A DNA stretch of 64,000 bases from an uncultured Bacteroidales bacterium. GTDB taxonomy: Bacteria > Bacteroidota > Bacteroidia > Bacteroidales > UBA932. Each line of letters opens with the position of its first letter. Within the stretch, counting starts at the first letter, position 1. The notes under the pieces are model-generated. The model did not search any database, had not been told where the DNA came from, and saw only the letters and a list, made by a program, of their open reading frames with translations. The position numbers and the translations under genes were made by a program. The stretch covers positions 6,107-70,106 of the forward strand of contig CAJONI010000052.1 in NCBI GenBank assembly GCA_905235995.1, read 5' to 3'. Positions 8,488 through 18,645 of the stretch are shown here, piece by piece.

Positions 8488-10227
8488 ATGATTTCCGAAA
8501 TGAAAAAGATATTGTTTGCACTTGTCGGTATCGCTTTTCTGGTCGCATCCTGCGCCGATACGGACCGTTACATTGAGCAGCTTCCCTACAGGGTAATCGT
8601 CGACTACACGCCTTCGACGTTCAATATGGACGTGCCTGGCGATCTGACCCCCGATGCACTCTATCCCTGGATCTCCTACAACGGCAACGGCTCCTTTACC
8701 GTGCGCCGCAACACTTCCGGCGTTATCCGCCGCGCCGAATTCTCCATCTCTGGCAGCAAGTACAAATGCATCATCAACCAGAAGGCCCATGGCCTGGATG
8801 CAAAGGTCAATTCTGCCATGACCAAGAAGGATGCTGACGCGCAGACGGCCGAAATGAAGGTTTCGTTCTCCACTTCCTTCGACGATGACTATGCGTCATG
8901 GGGCTATATCTTCGGCACCAACCCGGATATGGGCGCCAACAAGGATTTTGAACAGGGCAGTTTTACGCCTGGTGACAAGTCCATCGTTCTGTCCGACGTG
9001 GACCCTGAGACCAACTATTACTTCTGGTCTTACATCGTCTCCACCGAAGGTGACAAGATTTATTCTTCTGTCGTGGGTATCTCCAAGCCTGTCCTCGTGA
9101 GGAAGGGTGAGAGCCTCCAGGCAGCCATCGACGCAGCTCCGGAATTCGCAGAGGTGCGTGTCGAAGGCGGCCAGACCTACGAAGGCACCATCAAGCTCCG
9201 TGACAACGTGACCGTGAGCGGTGGCTGGGACAGCAACTTCGAGACCCAGGATATGAACAACCGTACCGTGATCGATGGTAAGGACAAGAAGCTCTGCGTG
9301 GAATCGAAGGTCGGTGCCACTAATGCCAAGATCAATGGCTTTGACATTATCCGTGGCTCCTCTTCCGGCATCGTGTTCAACGGCAATCTCACCGTGGAAT
9401 GGTGCCGCGTGGCCTTCTGCGTAAACAGCGGCCAGGGCGGCGCCATCTGCTGCACCGAGCAGAAGGGTGACAACCTGATTCTCGCGAACAGCATCATCGA
9501 GTACAACAAGGCCGACGCACACGGCGGCGGTATCGCCATCAACGGTGCCGGCACCTCCGTGAAGGTCATCAACTGCCTGTTCCGCGGCAACGCCTCCATC
9601 GCCCAGTACGGTTACACCGGCGCCATCCACGGCCAGGCCGGCGTTCAGGCCTATGTGGTGAACTCCACCTTTGTGGAGAACGTGAACTGGCGTGACGGTA
9701 GCTCCGCGACCTCTTCTCCTTGGAGCGCCGTGATGTTCCGTAACGGCGGTACTCACATCGAGTTCGTGAACAACATCGTGGCAGGCAACTGGTACTTCCT
9801 GCCGGGTGTGGCCGACAAGCCCGAAGAGCATCCCGACCGTTATGACATGCCCATCAAGCCCATGTTCCTCCTGGAGATGCAGGTCCGCGTTGCCGACTTC
9901 AACGAAATCGGTGGTTCCGATGCCAATTATATCGTCCGTAGCAACATCCTGGGCGGTGTGAATGAGAGCGAAGCCATCCACCGTGCAGGCAGTGACGCTG
10001 CCCGCGCCGCCGCGATTGCCGCTTGTACCTTCGTTCCCAACAACGAATTCCACACCCTCTTCGTGAATGCCGCCGCCGGTGACTTCCACCCGGCCGGAGC
10101 TGCGCTCACCACCGGCGAGAACACGTCCAAGACGTCTGATCTCCTTGGTTCCTACACCACCGACCTCGACGGTAATCCCCGTATCGTAGGCGGCAAGATC
10201 AACGCCGGTTGCTACCAGGCTCAGTAA
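8488..10227 (+). CDS. Surface lipoprotein with BACON/Ig-like N-terminal modules, a right-handed parallel beta-helix and a choice-of-anchor-Q-like C-terminus; candidate surface glycan-binding protein or enzyme
   Basis: The lipobox is (MISE)MKKILFALVGIAFLVASCAD, with an alternative ATG at 8500. PbH1-type repeats are present (GGAICCTEQKGDNLILANSIIEYNKADAHGGGIAINGAGTSVKVINCLFRGNAS...VVNSTFVENV). The tail DLDGNPRIVGGKINAGCYQAQ is typical of choice-of-anchor Q domains. The gene occupies the position usual for SGBPs, directly after susD. Confidence 0.7.
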   Translation: MISEMKKILFALVGIAFLVASCADTDRYIEQLPYRVIVDYTPSTFNMDVPGDLTPDALYPWISYNGNGSFTVRRNTSGVIRRAEFSISGSKYKCIINQKAHGLDAKVNSAMTKKDADAQTAEMKVSFSTSFDDDYASWGYIFGTNPDMGANKDFEQGSFTPGDKSIVLSDVDPETNYYFWSYIVSTEGDKIYSSVVGISKPVLVRKGESLQAAIDAAPEFAEVRVEGGQTYEGTIKLRDNVTVSGGWDSNFETQDMNNRTVIDGKDKKLCVESKVGATNAKINGFDIIRGSSSGIVFNGNLTVEWCRVAFCVNSGQGGAICCTEQKGDNLILANSIIEYNKADAHGGGIAINGAGTSVKVINCLFRGNASIAQYGYTGAIHGQAGVQAYVVNSTFVENVNWRDGSSATSSPWSAVMFRNGGTHIEFVNNIVAGNWYFLPGVADKPEEHPDRYDMPIKPMFLLEMQVRVADFNEIGGSDANYIVRSNILGGVNESEAIHRAGSDAARAAAIAACTFVPNNEFHTLFVNAAAGDFHPAGAALTTGENTSKTSDLLGSYTTDLDGNPRIVGGKINAGCYQAQ

Positions 10228-10269
10228 ACGCTGAGATTCCCGGTCAATCCCGGAATGATTTAAAATTTT

Positions 10270-10305
10270 CAGGGCGAAGCCATTCGGCTCCGCCCTGTTT
10301 TTTTT
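10270..10305 (+). terminator. Rho-independent terminator after the susC-susD-lipoprotein unit
   Basis: cagggcg (10270-10276) ... cgccctg (10291-10297), with inner agcc/ggct pairing, followed by T8 (10298-10305). It lies in the convergent gap before the minus-strand GH27 gene. Confidence 0.75.
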
Positions 10306-10317
10306 ATGTCCTATGGA

Positions 10318-12498
10318 TTATCTGCTCTGGACTCTTACATACAGCACCCCATGGGGAGGGATGAGATATTCGGAGTCGGTTTCGATGTCTTTCTGGCGCC
10401 AGAGGTCGCGGGCTTTTTCGGCTTTCAGGCCGATTTTGGCAAGAGCGCCATCGAGCCTTACGGGGACTGAGACCTCGTTAAGGTTGAAGATTCCCACTGC
10501 GTACGAGCCGTCGTACAGGTCACGGCTCCAGATCTGCATCCCGTCCTCCACGACGTCCTGATGGGCCTGATGGCCCAGGGTGTCCTGGTTTACGGCGTTC
10601 ACCTCGTTGTTGCACAGAAGATTGAAGGTGAAGTCGTCGATCTGCGACAGGTCGCAGCCTATGAGCATGTTGGCGGCCAGCAGCGACCACAGGGAGATAT
10701 GGGTGTACTGTTCGTCCGGGGTCAGCCGGCTGTCGCGCAGGCTGCTGCTCCAGCCCACCTTGCCCACGATGAGCATGTCGGGATCGTTCCAATGGCCGGG
10801 GCCGGCATAGGGGTGGAGCCCAAGCTGCCGCTCAAAACCATTATCATAGAGTGACTCCCAGGAATCATTGATGTCGTGGGAGGTTCGCCAGGAATTGGCG
10901 TCGATGAAGGCTCCCCATTCCCAAACCCTGCCCCAGCCATACTGGCAAAGGGAATAGAAGATGTCCCTGGGCTGCTCCCTGAGGAACTGCTGCATTTTCA
11001 GATATGGGCGGATGAAGGCCGCCTCTGACTTGTCCCGGCCGGCCTCAAAGATCTTGTTGTAGCCGCACCAGTCGTATTTGAGGTAGTCCACTCCCCAGCT
11101 GTTCCAGACTTCGGCGTCCTGCCGTTCATGGTCGAGCGAGCCGGGATAACCGCCGCATGTGAAGTCTCCCGGGCTGGAATAGATGCCGAACTTGAGGCCG
11201 TTGGAATGGAGCCAGTCACCCAGAGCCTTCATGTCCGGGAACTTCTCATTTGCCTCGATGCGCCCGTCCGGAGTCCGCTCTTCTGCCTCCCAGGCATCGT
11301 CGATGTTGATGTAGCTGTAGCCGTAGTCGGCCAGCCCGCGGTTGATCATGGCTGCGGCTGACGCCATCACCTTCTCCTGGCTCACGCTCAGGGCCCAGCA
11401 GTTCCAGCTGTTCCAGCCCATGGGCGGAGTGAGACCTATCTGTTCGCCTACCTTCAGGGTGAAGCAGGCCTTTGCGCTACCCTTGTCGTTGGTCGCGGTG
11501 AACACCAGCGGGTAGTCGCCCGCCTGGGAGCAGCTGCCGCTCAGGACGCCCTTTTCGGGGTCGAGCACAACTCCTTCCGGAAGGCCCTCCACGGCGTATT
11601 TCATGGGCTTGTCGCCCGAGAAGGCAAGGCGGAAGATCACCGGTGAACCGGGACGCACTCCGAATACCAGGGGGCCGTTGTAACGCGGTTCAGCAGGTGC
11701 GGGAGGCGTAAGGATATAGGGTGCGCAGACCTCTGCCTCCAGGATTTCATCAAACCGGGGATCGGTATAAGTAAGTTTCAGGCGCTTCTGCGGAGCCAGC
11801 GGGTAGAGAAGCTGCTTCTCCTTCCATGCTCCTACGGTGACTTTCTGCTTTCTGGACACCTCCGGAGTACCGGTCATAACGTCCGTAATGCTTATGTCCA
11901 GTGTGCCGGAGGTCTTCACGGACGAGGCCAGGACTGCCTTGTAGCCGCCCTGATCCGCCACCAGGGAGAGTTTCGCGAAATCTTTCAGGCTGGGCTTGAC
12001 CAGATTGAAGGCGCCCCGGTAGAATCCTCCAGGATCGCCGAAGTTGTACACACGCACGGCGATCACGTTGTCCTGGTCCCAGCGCACCCATCTGGGGTCA
12101 ACGATGTAGTAGCGCCGTTTCCCATATTCGCTGGAATATCCGCCCGGATCTTCCGGGAAGGTCCCGGTCTTTCCCACAGGGTGGCCGTTGATCCAGGTCT
12201 GGTCGGAATCGTCGATTGCCCCCATGTCCAGCATGATGGCTTCCACGACGCCTTTTTTGAGCGAAGAAGGAATCACGACATGGATGCGGTACCAGCCGAT
12301 GCCGTTCACTCGCTCCAGTCCCAGCGTTTCCCAGGCCTGGTCGAAGGAAACCTCCAGCCACGAGCTGTCATCAAAACCATACTCACTCCATGCGGGGTCG
12401 TCCCCCTTCTGGAAACGTCCGCCCCCTACGGTTGCGACCTGGGCTGCCAACGAAAGGGAAACCAACAATAAGGATAAGAGAATCAAAGCTTTATTCAT
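10318..12498 (-). CDS. GH27-family glycosidase (alpha-galactosidase / alpha-GalNAc-ase / beta-L-arabinopyranosidase type) with an N-terminal galactose-binding-like domain and an Ig-like (He_PIG) domain; copy a
   Basis: Signal peptide MNKALILLSLLLVSLSLAAQ. GH27 hallmarks are LTPPMGWNSWNCW, YINIDDAWE, VDYLKYDWCG (nucleophile region) and NSWRTSHDINDSW (acid/base region). It is a paralog of 32904-35081. Confidence 0.88.
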   Translation of the reverse strand: MNKALILLSLLLVSLSLAAQVATVGGGRFQKGDDPAWSEYGFDDSSWLEVSFDQAWETLGLERVNGIGWYRIHVVIPSSLKKGVVEAIMLDMGAIDDSDQTWINGHPVGKTGTFPEDPGGYSSEYGKRRYYIVDPRWVRWDQDNVIAVRVYNFGDPGGFYRGAFNLVKPSLKDFAKLSLVADQGGYKAVLASSVKTSGTLDISITDVMTGTPEVSRKQKVTVGAWKEKQLLYPLAPQKRLKLTYTDPRFDEILEAEVCAPYILTPPAPAEPRYNGPLVFGVRPGSPVIFRLAFSGDKPMKYAVEGLPEGVVLDPEKGVLSGSCSQAGDYPLVFTATNDKGSAKACFTLKVGEQIGLTPPMGWNSWNCWALSVSQEKVMASAAAMINRGLADYGYSYINIDDAWEAEERTPDGRIEANEKFPDMKALGDWLHSNGLKFGIYSSPGDFTCGGYPGSLDHERQDAEVWNSWGVDYLKYDWCGYNKIFEAGRDKSEAAFIRPYLKMQQFLREQPRDIFYSLCQYGWGRVWEWGAFIDANSWRTSHDINDSWESLYDNGFERQLGLHPYAGPGHWNDPDMLIVGKVGWSSSLRDSRLTPDEQYTHISLWSLLAANMLIGCDLSQIDDFTFNLLCNNEVNAVNQDTLGHQAHQDVVEDGMQIWSRDLYDGSYAVGIFNLNEVSVPVRLDGALAKIGLKAEKARDLWRQKDIETDSEYLIPPHGVLYVRVQSR

Positions 12499-12527
12499 AA
12501 GGATGTTCTATAAGGGATACAATTTTA

Positions 12528-12535
12528 CAAATATA
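12528..12535 (-). promoter_or_regulatory. Candidate -7 promoter box (TATATTTG) for GH27 copy a
   Basis: The reverse complement of caaatata is TATATTTG, a TAnnTTTG match. It lies 29 nt upstream of the ATG at 12498, in an A/T-rich divergent region. Confidence 0.35.
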
Positions 12536-12656
12536 CTCATTCTTTCTCTTAATCATTACTCGTTACGGCGCTTGACGTTCTTGGAAAAAATAATTATTTT
12601 TAACAAAAAAATGGGCCCCCGTAGCCCTCATGGAGACTGAATCATTTGCGACTGTC

Positions 12657-15600
12657 ATGAAAAAGTGCTCTCTTTTTGTTCTGTTGGGAATGCTGGTGAT
12701 GCTGGCCGGCTGCCAGAAAGGGCCCTGGAAGGGGCTGGAGAAAGGTTTTGTCGCACCGCCTGATTCGGTGCGGGTGGCCGCGTACTGGTACTGGCTCGAC
12801 AATCATATCTCAAAGGAAGGTGTAGTCAAGGATCTTGAGGCCATGAAACGCGTGGGGATCACCCGCGCATTTATCGGCAACCAGGGCGTTGACGAATGCG
12901 ACGGCCCGGTGAAGCTCTTCTCCGACGAATGGTGGGACATCACCCGTCAGGCCATGAAGACGGCAGGGGAGCTCGGGATCGAGATAGGCATGTTCAACTG
13001 TCCCGGCTGGAGCCAGTCCGGCGGACCGTGGATCACCCCGGAGCAGAGCATGAAATATGTGGAAGGCCATTTCCAGGAAGTGGAGGGCAACGGCGCCGAG
13101 CAGCTCATAGAACTTCCTGACTTCGCACCCGGAAGCCTTATTGCCGTCCAGGCATACCCTACGGTGAAAGGTTCTTCCGTCAGCCGCACGCTCAAGACAC
13201 GCAGCGGCATTCCTTCTGCCATCAGGATAAACGTCCCCTTCACCGTACGTTCGCTCGTGATCGAGAGCGACGGTGAGCAGTGGACCCCCGTGACCCTCAC
13301 TCAGGGCGGGAAGGAGCTTCTCTCGTTTACCTACGACCGTCACAATCTCGGCCTTAACGTAGGCTTCAAGCCCCTCGCACCCTGGGTGGAAGCCCTGCAC
13401 GAGACCCCGGCCGGAGAGTACACCCTGCGCTTCGAGGAGCCTTCCGACGGCACGATAACCGTCACTTTCTCAGAGATTGCCTACATGCCGCGCTACGCGG
13501 AGAAATCCCTGGCCAAGATGTACCAGGAGCCCCTGCCCATGTGGGATGCCTACATGTGGGACACGCCGCAGTATGTAAACTTCCGCTATATGGTGGACCT
13601 TATCTTCCTGCAGGACCTGACCGGCAGGGTGAAGGACGGGAAGCTGTCCTGGAAGGTGCCCGACGGCAAATGGACCATTCTGACGAGCTACATGCAGAGC
13701 ACCGGCGTGACCAACGGCCCGGCGGTGCCTGAAGGCACGGGCCTGGAGGTCGACAAGATGAGCCGCAAACACATCGCCCGGCACTACGACGCCTTCGTAG
13801 GCGAGCTGCTGCGCCGCATCCCGCCCGAGGACCGCAAGACCTGGAAGGTGGTGGTGGAGGACAGCTACGAGACCGGCGGCCAGAACTGGACCGACGACAT
13901 GGTGGAAGTATTCAGGAAGACCTACGGTTACGATCCCGTCCAGTATCTTCCCGTTCTTCAGGGCAGGGCGGTGAGCACCATGGAGGAGAGCGAGCGCTTC
14001 CTCTGGGACGTCAGGCGCCTGGTGGCCGACCGCGTGGCTTACGACTACGTCGGTGGCCTGCGCCAGAAGGCCAATGCCGACGGCCTGGAGACCTGGCTGG
14101 AATGCTACGGCCACTGGGGCTTCCCCGGCGAGTTCCTGCTCTACGGCGGCCAGAGCGACCAGATCGCGGGCGAGTTCTGGAGTGAGGGCAGCCTTGGCGA
14201 CATAGAGAACCGCGCCGCGTCTTCCTGCGGCCATATCTACGGCAAGAACCGTATCTGGGCTGAGTCGTGCACCGCGGGCGGCCCGCCGTACAGCCGTTAT
14301 CCGCGCCTTATGAAGCAGCGCGTGGACCGTTTCTTCTCGGAAGGCATCAATGCCACCCTGCTGCACCTGTACATCCAGCAGCCCGACGACCGCAAGCCCG
14401 GCCGCGCCGCATGGTTCGGCAACGAGTTCAACCGCAACAATGCATGGTTCGACGGCATGAAGCCCTTCATCGACTACCTTCGCCGCTGCAACTTCATGCT
14501 GCAGCAGGGACGCTATGTGGCCGACGTGGCGTATTTCATCGGCGAGGACGTTCCCAAGATGACGGGCGTCTGCGACCCGCCGCTGCCCAAGGGCTACAGT
14601 TTCGACTACATAAATGCCGATGTGCTGCGCAATCATGCCAGGGTGCGTGATGGCCGTCTGGTGCTCGACAGCGGCATGGAATACCGCCTGCTGGTGCTGC
14701 CGCGCCAGGATTCGATGCGTCCCGAGGTGCTGGAGGTGATCGCCGGCTTCGTGAAGGAGGGCCTTTCCATCATAGGCCCGGCCCCGGTGCGTTCGCCCAG
14801 CAAGCAGCACGACATATTCACTTCCGACGAGAAGGTGAAGGATCTTGCCGAAAAGATATGGAACGGCAGTGGCAAGGGTCTGGCTTATCCCGACGGCACT
14901 CCTTTGGAACAGGCCTTCGACGACCTGGGTGTGGAGCCTGATTTCTCCTACGATGGAGAAGCCGACATCCTCTTCATCCACAGGACTCTCGGAGCCGACG
15001 GCGACATCTTTTTCGTGTCGAACCAGGAGGATTCACTGATTACGCTCGTCCCGCATTTCCGGGTCGATCCGCGCATGCAGGCGGAGCTTTGGGATCCTGT
15101 GTCCGGAACGCGTCGTGCCTGGGCAGGGGAGTCGTTCGAGATGGCTCCGCTCCAGAGTTTCTTCGTGATATTCAGGGCGAAGGCTACGGCGCCTGCGCAG
15201 GCTGTCCTGCAGGAGTCTCTCACGCTTGACGGCCCCTGGGCGGTGGAGTTCGCCGAGTCGGCGGGCAATCCGGCCTTCACCCGCAGTTTCGACTCGCTGG
15301 CCGACTGGAGCCTGAGCGACGACCCTGAGGTGAAATACTATTCCGGGGCTGCGACCTACCGCAAGGAGTTCACGATGCCGGCGTTATCGCAGGCGGTGCT
15401 CGACCTGGGAGAGGCGATGGTGCTTGCCACGGTGAGGGTGAACGGGCATGAGGTCGGCGGTGCATGGACTTTCCCGTACGGCATGGAAATAGGCAAGTGG
15501 CTCAGGGAAGGGGAGAACGTGCTTGAGGTCACGGTCTACAACAACTGGCAGAACCGTCTGATCGGCGACGAGGGTCTCCCGGCCTCCGACCGCAGGACCT

Positions 15601-15683
15601 GGACCAACCACCAGCCCTTCTCCGCCGACGCACCCCTGCAACCCTCCGGCCTCCTCGGCCCCGTCTCCATCTCCTACCGCTAA
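12657..15683 (+). CDS. GH106-like glycosidase (PF17132 alpha-L-rhamnosidase family, glycosylhydrolase-like jelly-roll C-terminus); copy a
   Basis: The lipobox start MKKCSLFVLLGMLVMLAGCQ is at 12657; a longer ATG lies at 12630. The family N-terminus is YWYWLDNHISKEGVVKDLEAMKRVGITRAFIGN ... FNCPGWSQSGGPWITPEQSMKY. The typical C-terminus is LDLGEAMVLATVRVNGHEVGGAW...VTVYNNWQNRLIGDE...PSGLLGPVSISY. Confidence 0.8.
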   Translation: MKKCSLFVLLGMLVMLAGCQKGPWKGLEKGFVAPPDSVRVAAYWYWLDNHISKEGVVKDLEAMKRVGITRAFIGNQGVDECDGPVKLFSDEWWDITRQAMKTAGELGIEIGMFNCPGWSQSGGPWITPEQSMKYVEGHFQEVEGNGAEQLIELPDFAPGSLIAVQAYPTVKGSSVSRTLKTRSGIPSAIRINVPFTVRSLVIESDGEQWTPVTLTQGGKELLSFTYDRHNLGLNVGFKPLAPWVEALHETPAGEYTLRFEEPSDGTITVTFSEIAYMPRYAEKSLAKMYQEPLPMWDAYMWDTPQYVNFRYMVDLIFLQDLTGRVKDGKLSWKVPDGKWTILTSYMQSTGVTNGPAVPEGTGLEVDKMSRKHIARHYDAFVGELLRRIPPEDRKTWKVVVEDSYETGGQNWTDDMVEVFRKTYGYDPVQYLPVLQGRAVSTMEESERFLWDVRRLVADRVAYDYVGGLRQKANADGLETWLECYGHWGFPGEFLLYGGQSDQIAGEFWSEGSLGDIENRAASSCGHIYGKNRIWAESCTAGGPPYSRYPRLMKQRVDRFFSEGINATLLHLYIQQPDDRKPGRAAWFGNEFNRNNAWFDGMKPFIDYLRRCNFMLQQGRYVADVAYFIGEDVPKMTGVCDPPLPKGYSFDYINADVLRNHARVRDGRLVLDSGMEYRLLVLPRQDSMRPEVLEVIAGFVKEGLSIIGPAPVRSPSKQHDIFTSDEKVKDLAEKIWNGSGKGLAYPDGTPLEQAFDDLGVEPDFSYDGEADILFIHRTLGADGDIFFVSNQEDSLITLVPHFRVDPRMQAELWDPVSGTRRAWAGESFEMAPLQSFFVIFRAKATAPAQAVLQESLTLDGPWAVEFAESAGNPAFTRSFDSLADWSLSDDPEVKYYSGAATYRKEFTMPALSQAVLDLGEAMVLATVRVNGHEVGGAWTFPYGMEIGKWLREGENVLEVTVYNNWQNRLIGDEGLPASDRRTWTNHQPFSADAPLQPSGLLGPVSISYR

Positions 15684-15834
15684 TCCACGCCTGCTGGCTT
15701 CGCGGCTCTGGCTTTTGTCCCGCTCGCAGAAAAAATGCTCGCGGCTCCAAAAGCCACCCGCGCCTTGGCGCAAGCGCAGCTATTTTGGATGATTTTTCGG
15801 GGAGGATTGGGGATTTTTTTGTAAATTTAAGGTC

Positions 15835-18642
15835 ATGAAAAAATCTCTGCTTCTCCTCGCAATTTTATGCCTGGCTGCCCTGAGCGGATGCCAGAAGAGC
15901 ACGCCCGTCAGCCCCATAGATCAAGTACATGTTTTCAATGGCACCGGCTTCCACGGCCATACCTATCCCGGCGCCACGACCCCCTATGGCCTCGTCCAGC
16001 TCAGCCCCGATACCCGGACCTACGGCTGGGACGGAAGCTCCGGCTACCACTACAGCGACAGCGCCATCCTGGGCTTCAGCCATACCCACCTCTCCGGTAC
16101 CGGCTGCGCCGACCTCGGCGACTTCCTCGTGACCCCCGGACTGGGCACAGTCGAGCCACTGCAATTCAGCCATGACGACGAATACGCCCGTCCCGGCTAC
16201 TATAAGGTGGATTTCCCCGCCGGCATCACAGCCGAACTCACCGCCGCACCCCATACCGGCGTCCACCGCTATACCTTCAGCGGTGAAGGCCCCCGCAGGA
16301 TACTTGTCGACGCCCTCCACGGCATAGGCGACGAAACCCACGCCACCCAGGCCAGCCTCCAGGCAGTGGCCCACGACGAGATCAAGGGCCACCGCAGGGT
16401 GGACGGATGGATCAGGGACAGGGACATCTACCTCTCAGCGAAATTCTCAGTGCCCTTCCTCGACGCCGTCCAGCCAGTTCCGGGCAAACTCCTGCTCAGC
16501 TTCGCCGACGACGTGAGAGAAATCACCATCTACGCCGGCATCTCCTATACCGGAGCGGAGGCCGCCAAGGGCAACCGCGTCGTGGAGACCCGGGGCCGCA
16601 GCTTCGACGAAGTCTGCGCCATCACCACCGACGACTGGAGCAGCTCCCTCGGCAGCATTGTCGTGGAAGGCGGCCCCACGGAGCAGTTCTACACCTGCTT
16701 CTACCATACCCTCGTGTGCCCCAACAACATAGCCGACACAGGCCAGCCCCCGTACTATTCCACGCTCTCCCTTTGGGACACTTTCCGCAGCTGGAACCCA
16801 CTCCAGACCATCATCAATCCCGGCCTCGTGGGCGACATGGCCTCCAGCATGCTCAAGATGTACCACGACTGGGGCGAACTTCCCATCTGGCCGCTGGCAT
16901 ATGGCGAGACAGGATGCATGATAGGATACCACAGCGTCAGCGTACTGGCCGACGCCTGGCTCCGCGGCATACGCAGCTTCGACGGCAAGGATGCCCTGAC
17001 GGCGATGGTCGCGTCGTCGAACAAGAACAAGCAGCCCGCTTCCGAACTCTATGTGAAATATGGCTATATACCCGCCGACCGCATGGCCCAGTCGGTGTCG
17101 CAGACCCTCGAGTTCGCCTATGACGACTGGTGCATAGCCCGCATGGCAGAGAGCCTGGGCCTCAATGATATAGCAGCGGAATACGACCGCCGGGCCCAGA
17201 GCTGGCGCAACGTGTTCGATCCCGCCACCGGCTTCATGCGCGGCCACCGCAGCGACGGCTCATGGATGACTCCATTCGACCCGATAGGCAGTACACGCGA
17301 ATATACCGAAGCCATCCCCTGGCAGTCCCGCTTCTTTGTGCCGCACGACCCTGCAGGACACGCCGAAATGATGGGCGGCCGCGACGCCATGCTCGCCGCC
17401 CTCGACTCGCTCTTCACTTTCGAAGACCGCAGTGCCGAGGTGAGGGTGTCCGACATCACCGGTCTCAAGGGCCAGTATGCCCACGGCAATGAGCCCAGCC
17501 ACCATATGGCCTGGCTCTACAACTGGTACGGCAAGCCCTCGATGAGCCAGAAGGTGGTCCGCGAACTGCTCGGTGAGATGTACGACATCACTCCTGAAGG
17601 CGTGTGCGGCAACGAGGACTGCGGCCAGATGAGCGCCTGGTATGTGCTCGCGTCGCTGGGCATCTATCCCGCATGCCCGGGGACGGGAGAATATGTCCTG
17701 GCCGCGCCTTTGTTCAGGAAAGCCGCCATAGCCCTCGGCAACGGCAACGCCCTTACGATCACGGCAGACCACCCGGGCCGCCCGTATGTCTCCGACGTGA
17801 AGCTCAACGGCAGGACGCTGCCCTGCAACTATATCACCTACGACGAGATAATGGCCGGGGGCAAGCTTGAGTTCTCCCTCTCCTCGAAGCCGGTGAAATC
17901 GCGTGAGGACCTGCCCGCCCCGTATTCGATGAGCACGCATTCCATGGTCTCGACTCCCGCGGTCCTGGGCGACATCGACCTCTTCCGCGACAGGACCGAA
18001 ATCACGCTGGCTACCCGCACCGAAGGCGCCGCCATCCACTATACCCTCGACGGCAGCGAACCCACGCAGCAGAGCCCGGTTTACACCGGACCCTTCACCC
18101 TCGAAGAGACCACCCGCATCCGCGCCCGCGCCTGGAAGGAAGGCTGCGAAGCTTCGCCGGAGGCCTCCATCCCCGTGGTCAAGGCCTTCTTCCAGCCCGC
18201 CGACGATGTGACGGGGCTGGGACACGGCTGCAGCTATACATATCACCGGGGTGTCTTCACATGTACTGCAGACGTGCTGGCGAGCCCGGTCGTGTCCCGA
18301 GGCACCTTGCCAATGCCCTCGATCGACCAGGCCCCGGATGAAGACCACTTCGGCTACGTGTTCACGGGCTGGATAGACGTTCCGGAAGACGGCATCTGGA
18401 GCTTCGCCCTCATGAGCGACGACGGCTCCGTGCTCGACATCGACGGGGTGAGGGTGGTCGACAACGACGGTTCCCACTCCGCAATCGTGGCGACGGGCCG
18501 CATCCCCCTGCTGAAAGGCCTGCACCCCTACAGGCTAGTCTATCTCGAAGACTATGAGGGCAATTCGCTCCGCTGGGCCTGGAAAGCCGAGGGAGAAGCC
18601 CGCTTCAAACCCATCGACGTTGATTATCTGTATCGCAAATAG
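15835..18642 (+). CDS. GH92 alpha-mannosidase with a C-terminal CHB_HEX_C-like domain and a PA14 domain; copy a
   Basis: Lipobox LAALSGCQ. GH92 signatures are FHGHTYPGATTPYGLVQLSPDT, GQYAHGNEPSHHMAWLYNW and CGNEDCGQMSAWYVL. These are followed by AAIHYTLDGSEPTQQSPVYTGPF...RARAWKEG (chitobiase/hexosaminidase C-like) and a PA14-like end (about 18226-18639; HFGYVFTGWIDVPEDGIWSFALMSDDGSVLDIDG). Confidence 0.9.
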   Translation: MKKSLLLLAILCLAALSGCQKSTPVSPIDQVHVFNGTGFHGHTYPGATTPYGLVQLSPDTRTYGWDGSSGYHYSDSAILGFSHTHLSGTGCADLGDFLVTPGLGTVEPLQFSHDDEYARPGYYKVDFPAGITAELTAAPHTGVHRYTFSGEGPRRILVDALHGIGDETHATQASLQAVAHDEIKGHRRVDGWIRDRDIYLSAKFSVPFLDAVQPVPGKLLLSFADDVREITIYAGISYTGAEAAKGNRVVETRGRSFDEVCAITTDDWSSSLGSIVVEGGPTEQFYTCFYHTLVCPNNIADTGQPPYYSTLSLWDTFRSWNPLQTIINPGLVGDMASSMLKMYHDWGELPIWPLAYGETGCMIGYHSVSVLADAWLRGIRSFDGKDALTAMVASSNKNKQPASELYVKYGYIPADRMAQSVSQTLEFAYDDWCIARMAESLGLNDIAAEYDRRAQSWRNVFDPATGFMRGHRSDGSWMTPFDPIGSTREYTEAIPWQSRFFVPHDPAGHAEMMGGRDAMLAALDSLFTFEDRSAEVRVSDITGLKGQYAHGNEPSHHMAWLYNWYGKPSMSQKVVRELLGEMYDITPEGVCGNEDCGQMSAWYVLASLGIYPACPGTGEYVLAAPLFRKAAIALGNGNALTITADHPGRPYVSDVKLNGRTLPCNYITYDEIMAGGKLEFSLSSKPVKSREDLPAPYSMSTHSMVSTPAVLGDIDLFRDRTEITLATRTEGAAIHYTLDGSEPTQQSPVYTGPFTLEETTRIRARAWKEGCEASPEASIPVVKAFFQPADDVTGLGHGCSYTYHRGVFTCTADVLASPVVSRGTLPMPSIDQAPDEDHFGYVFTGWIDVPEDGIWSFALMSDDGSVLDIDGVRVVDNDGSHSAIVATGRIPLLKGLHPYRLVYLEDYEGNSLRWAWKAEGEARFKPIDVDYLYRK

Positions 18643-18645
18643 ATC

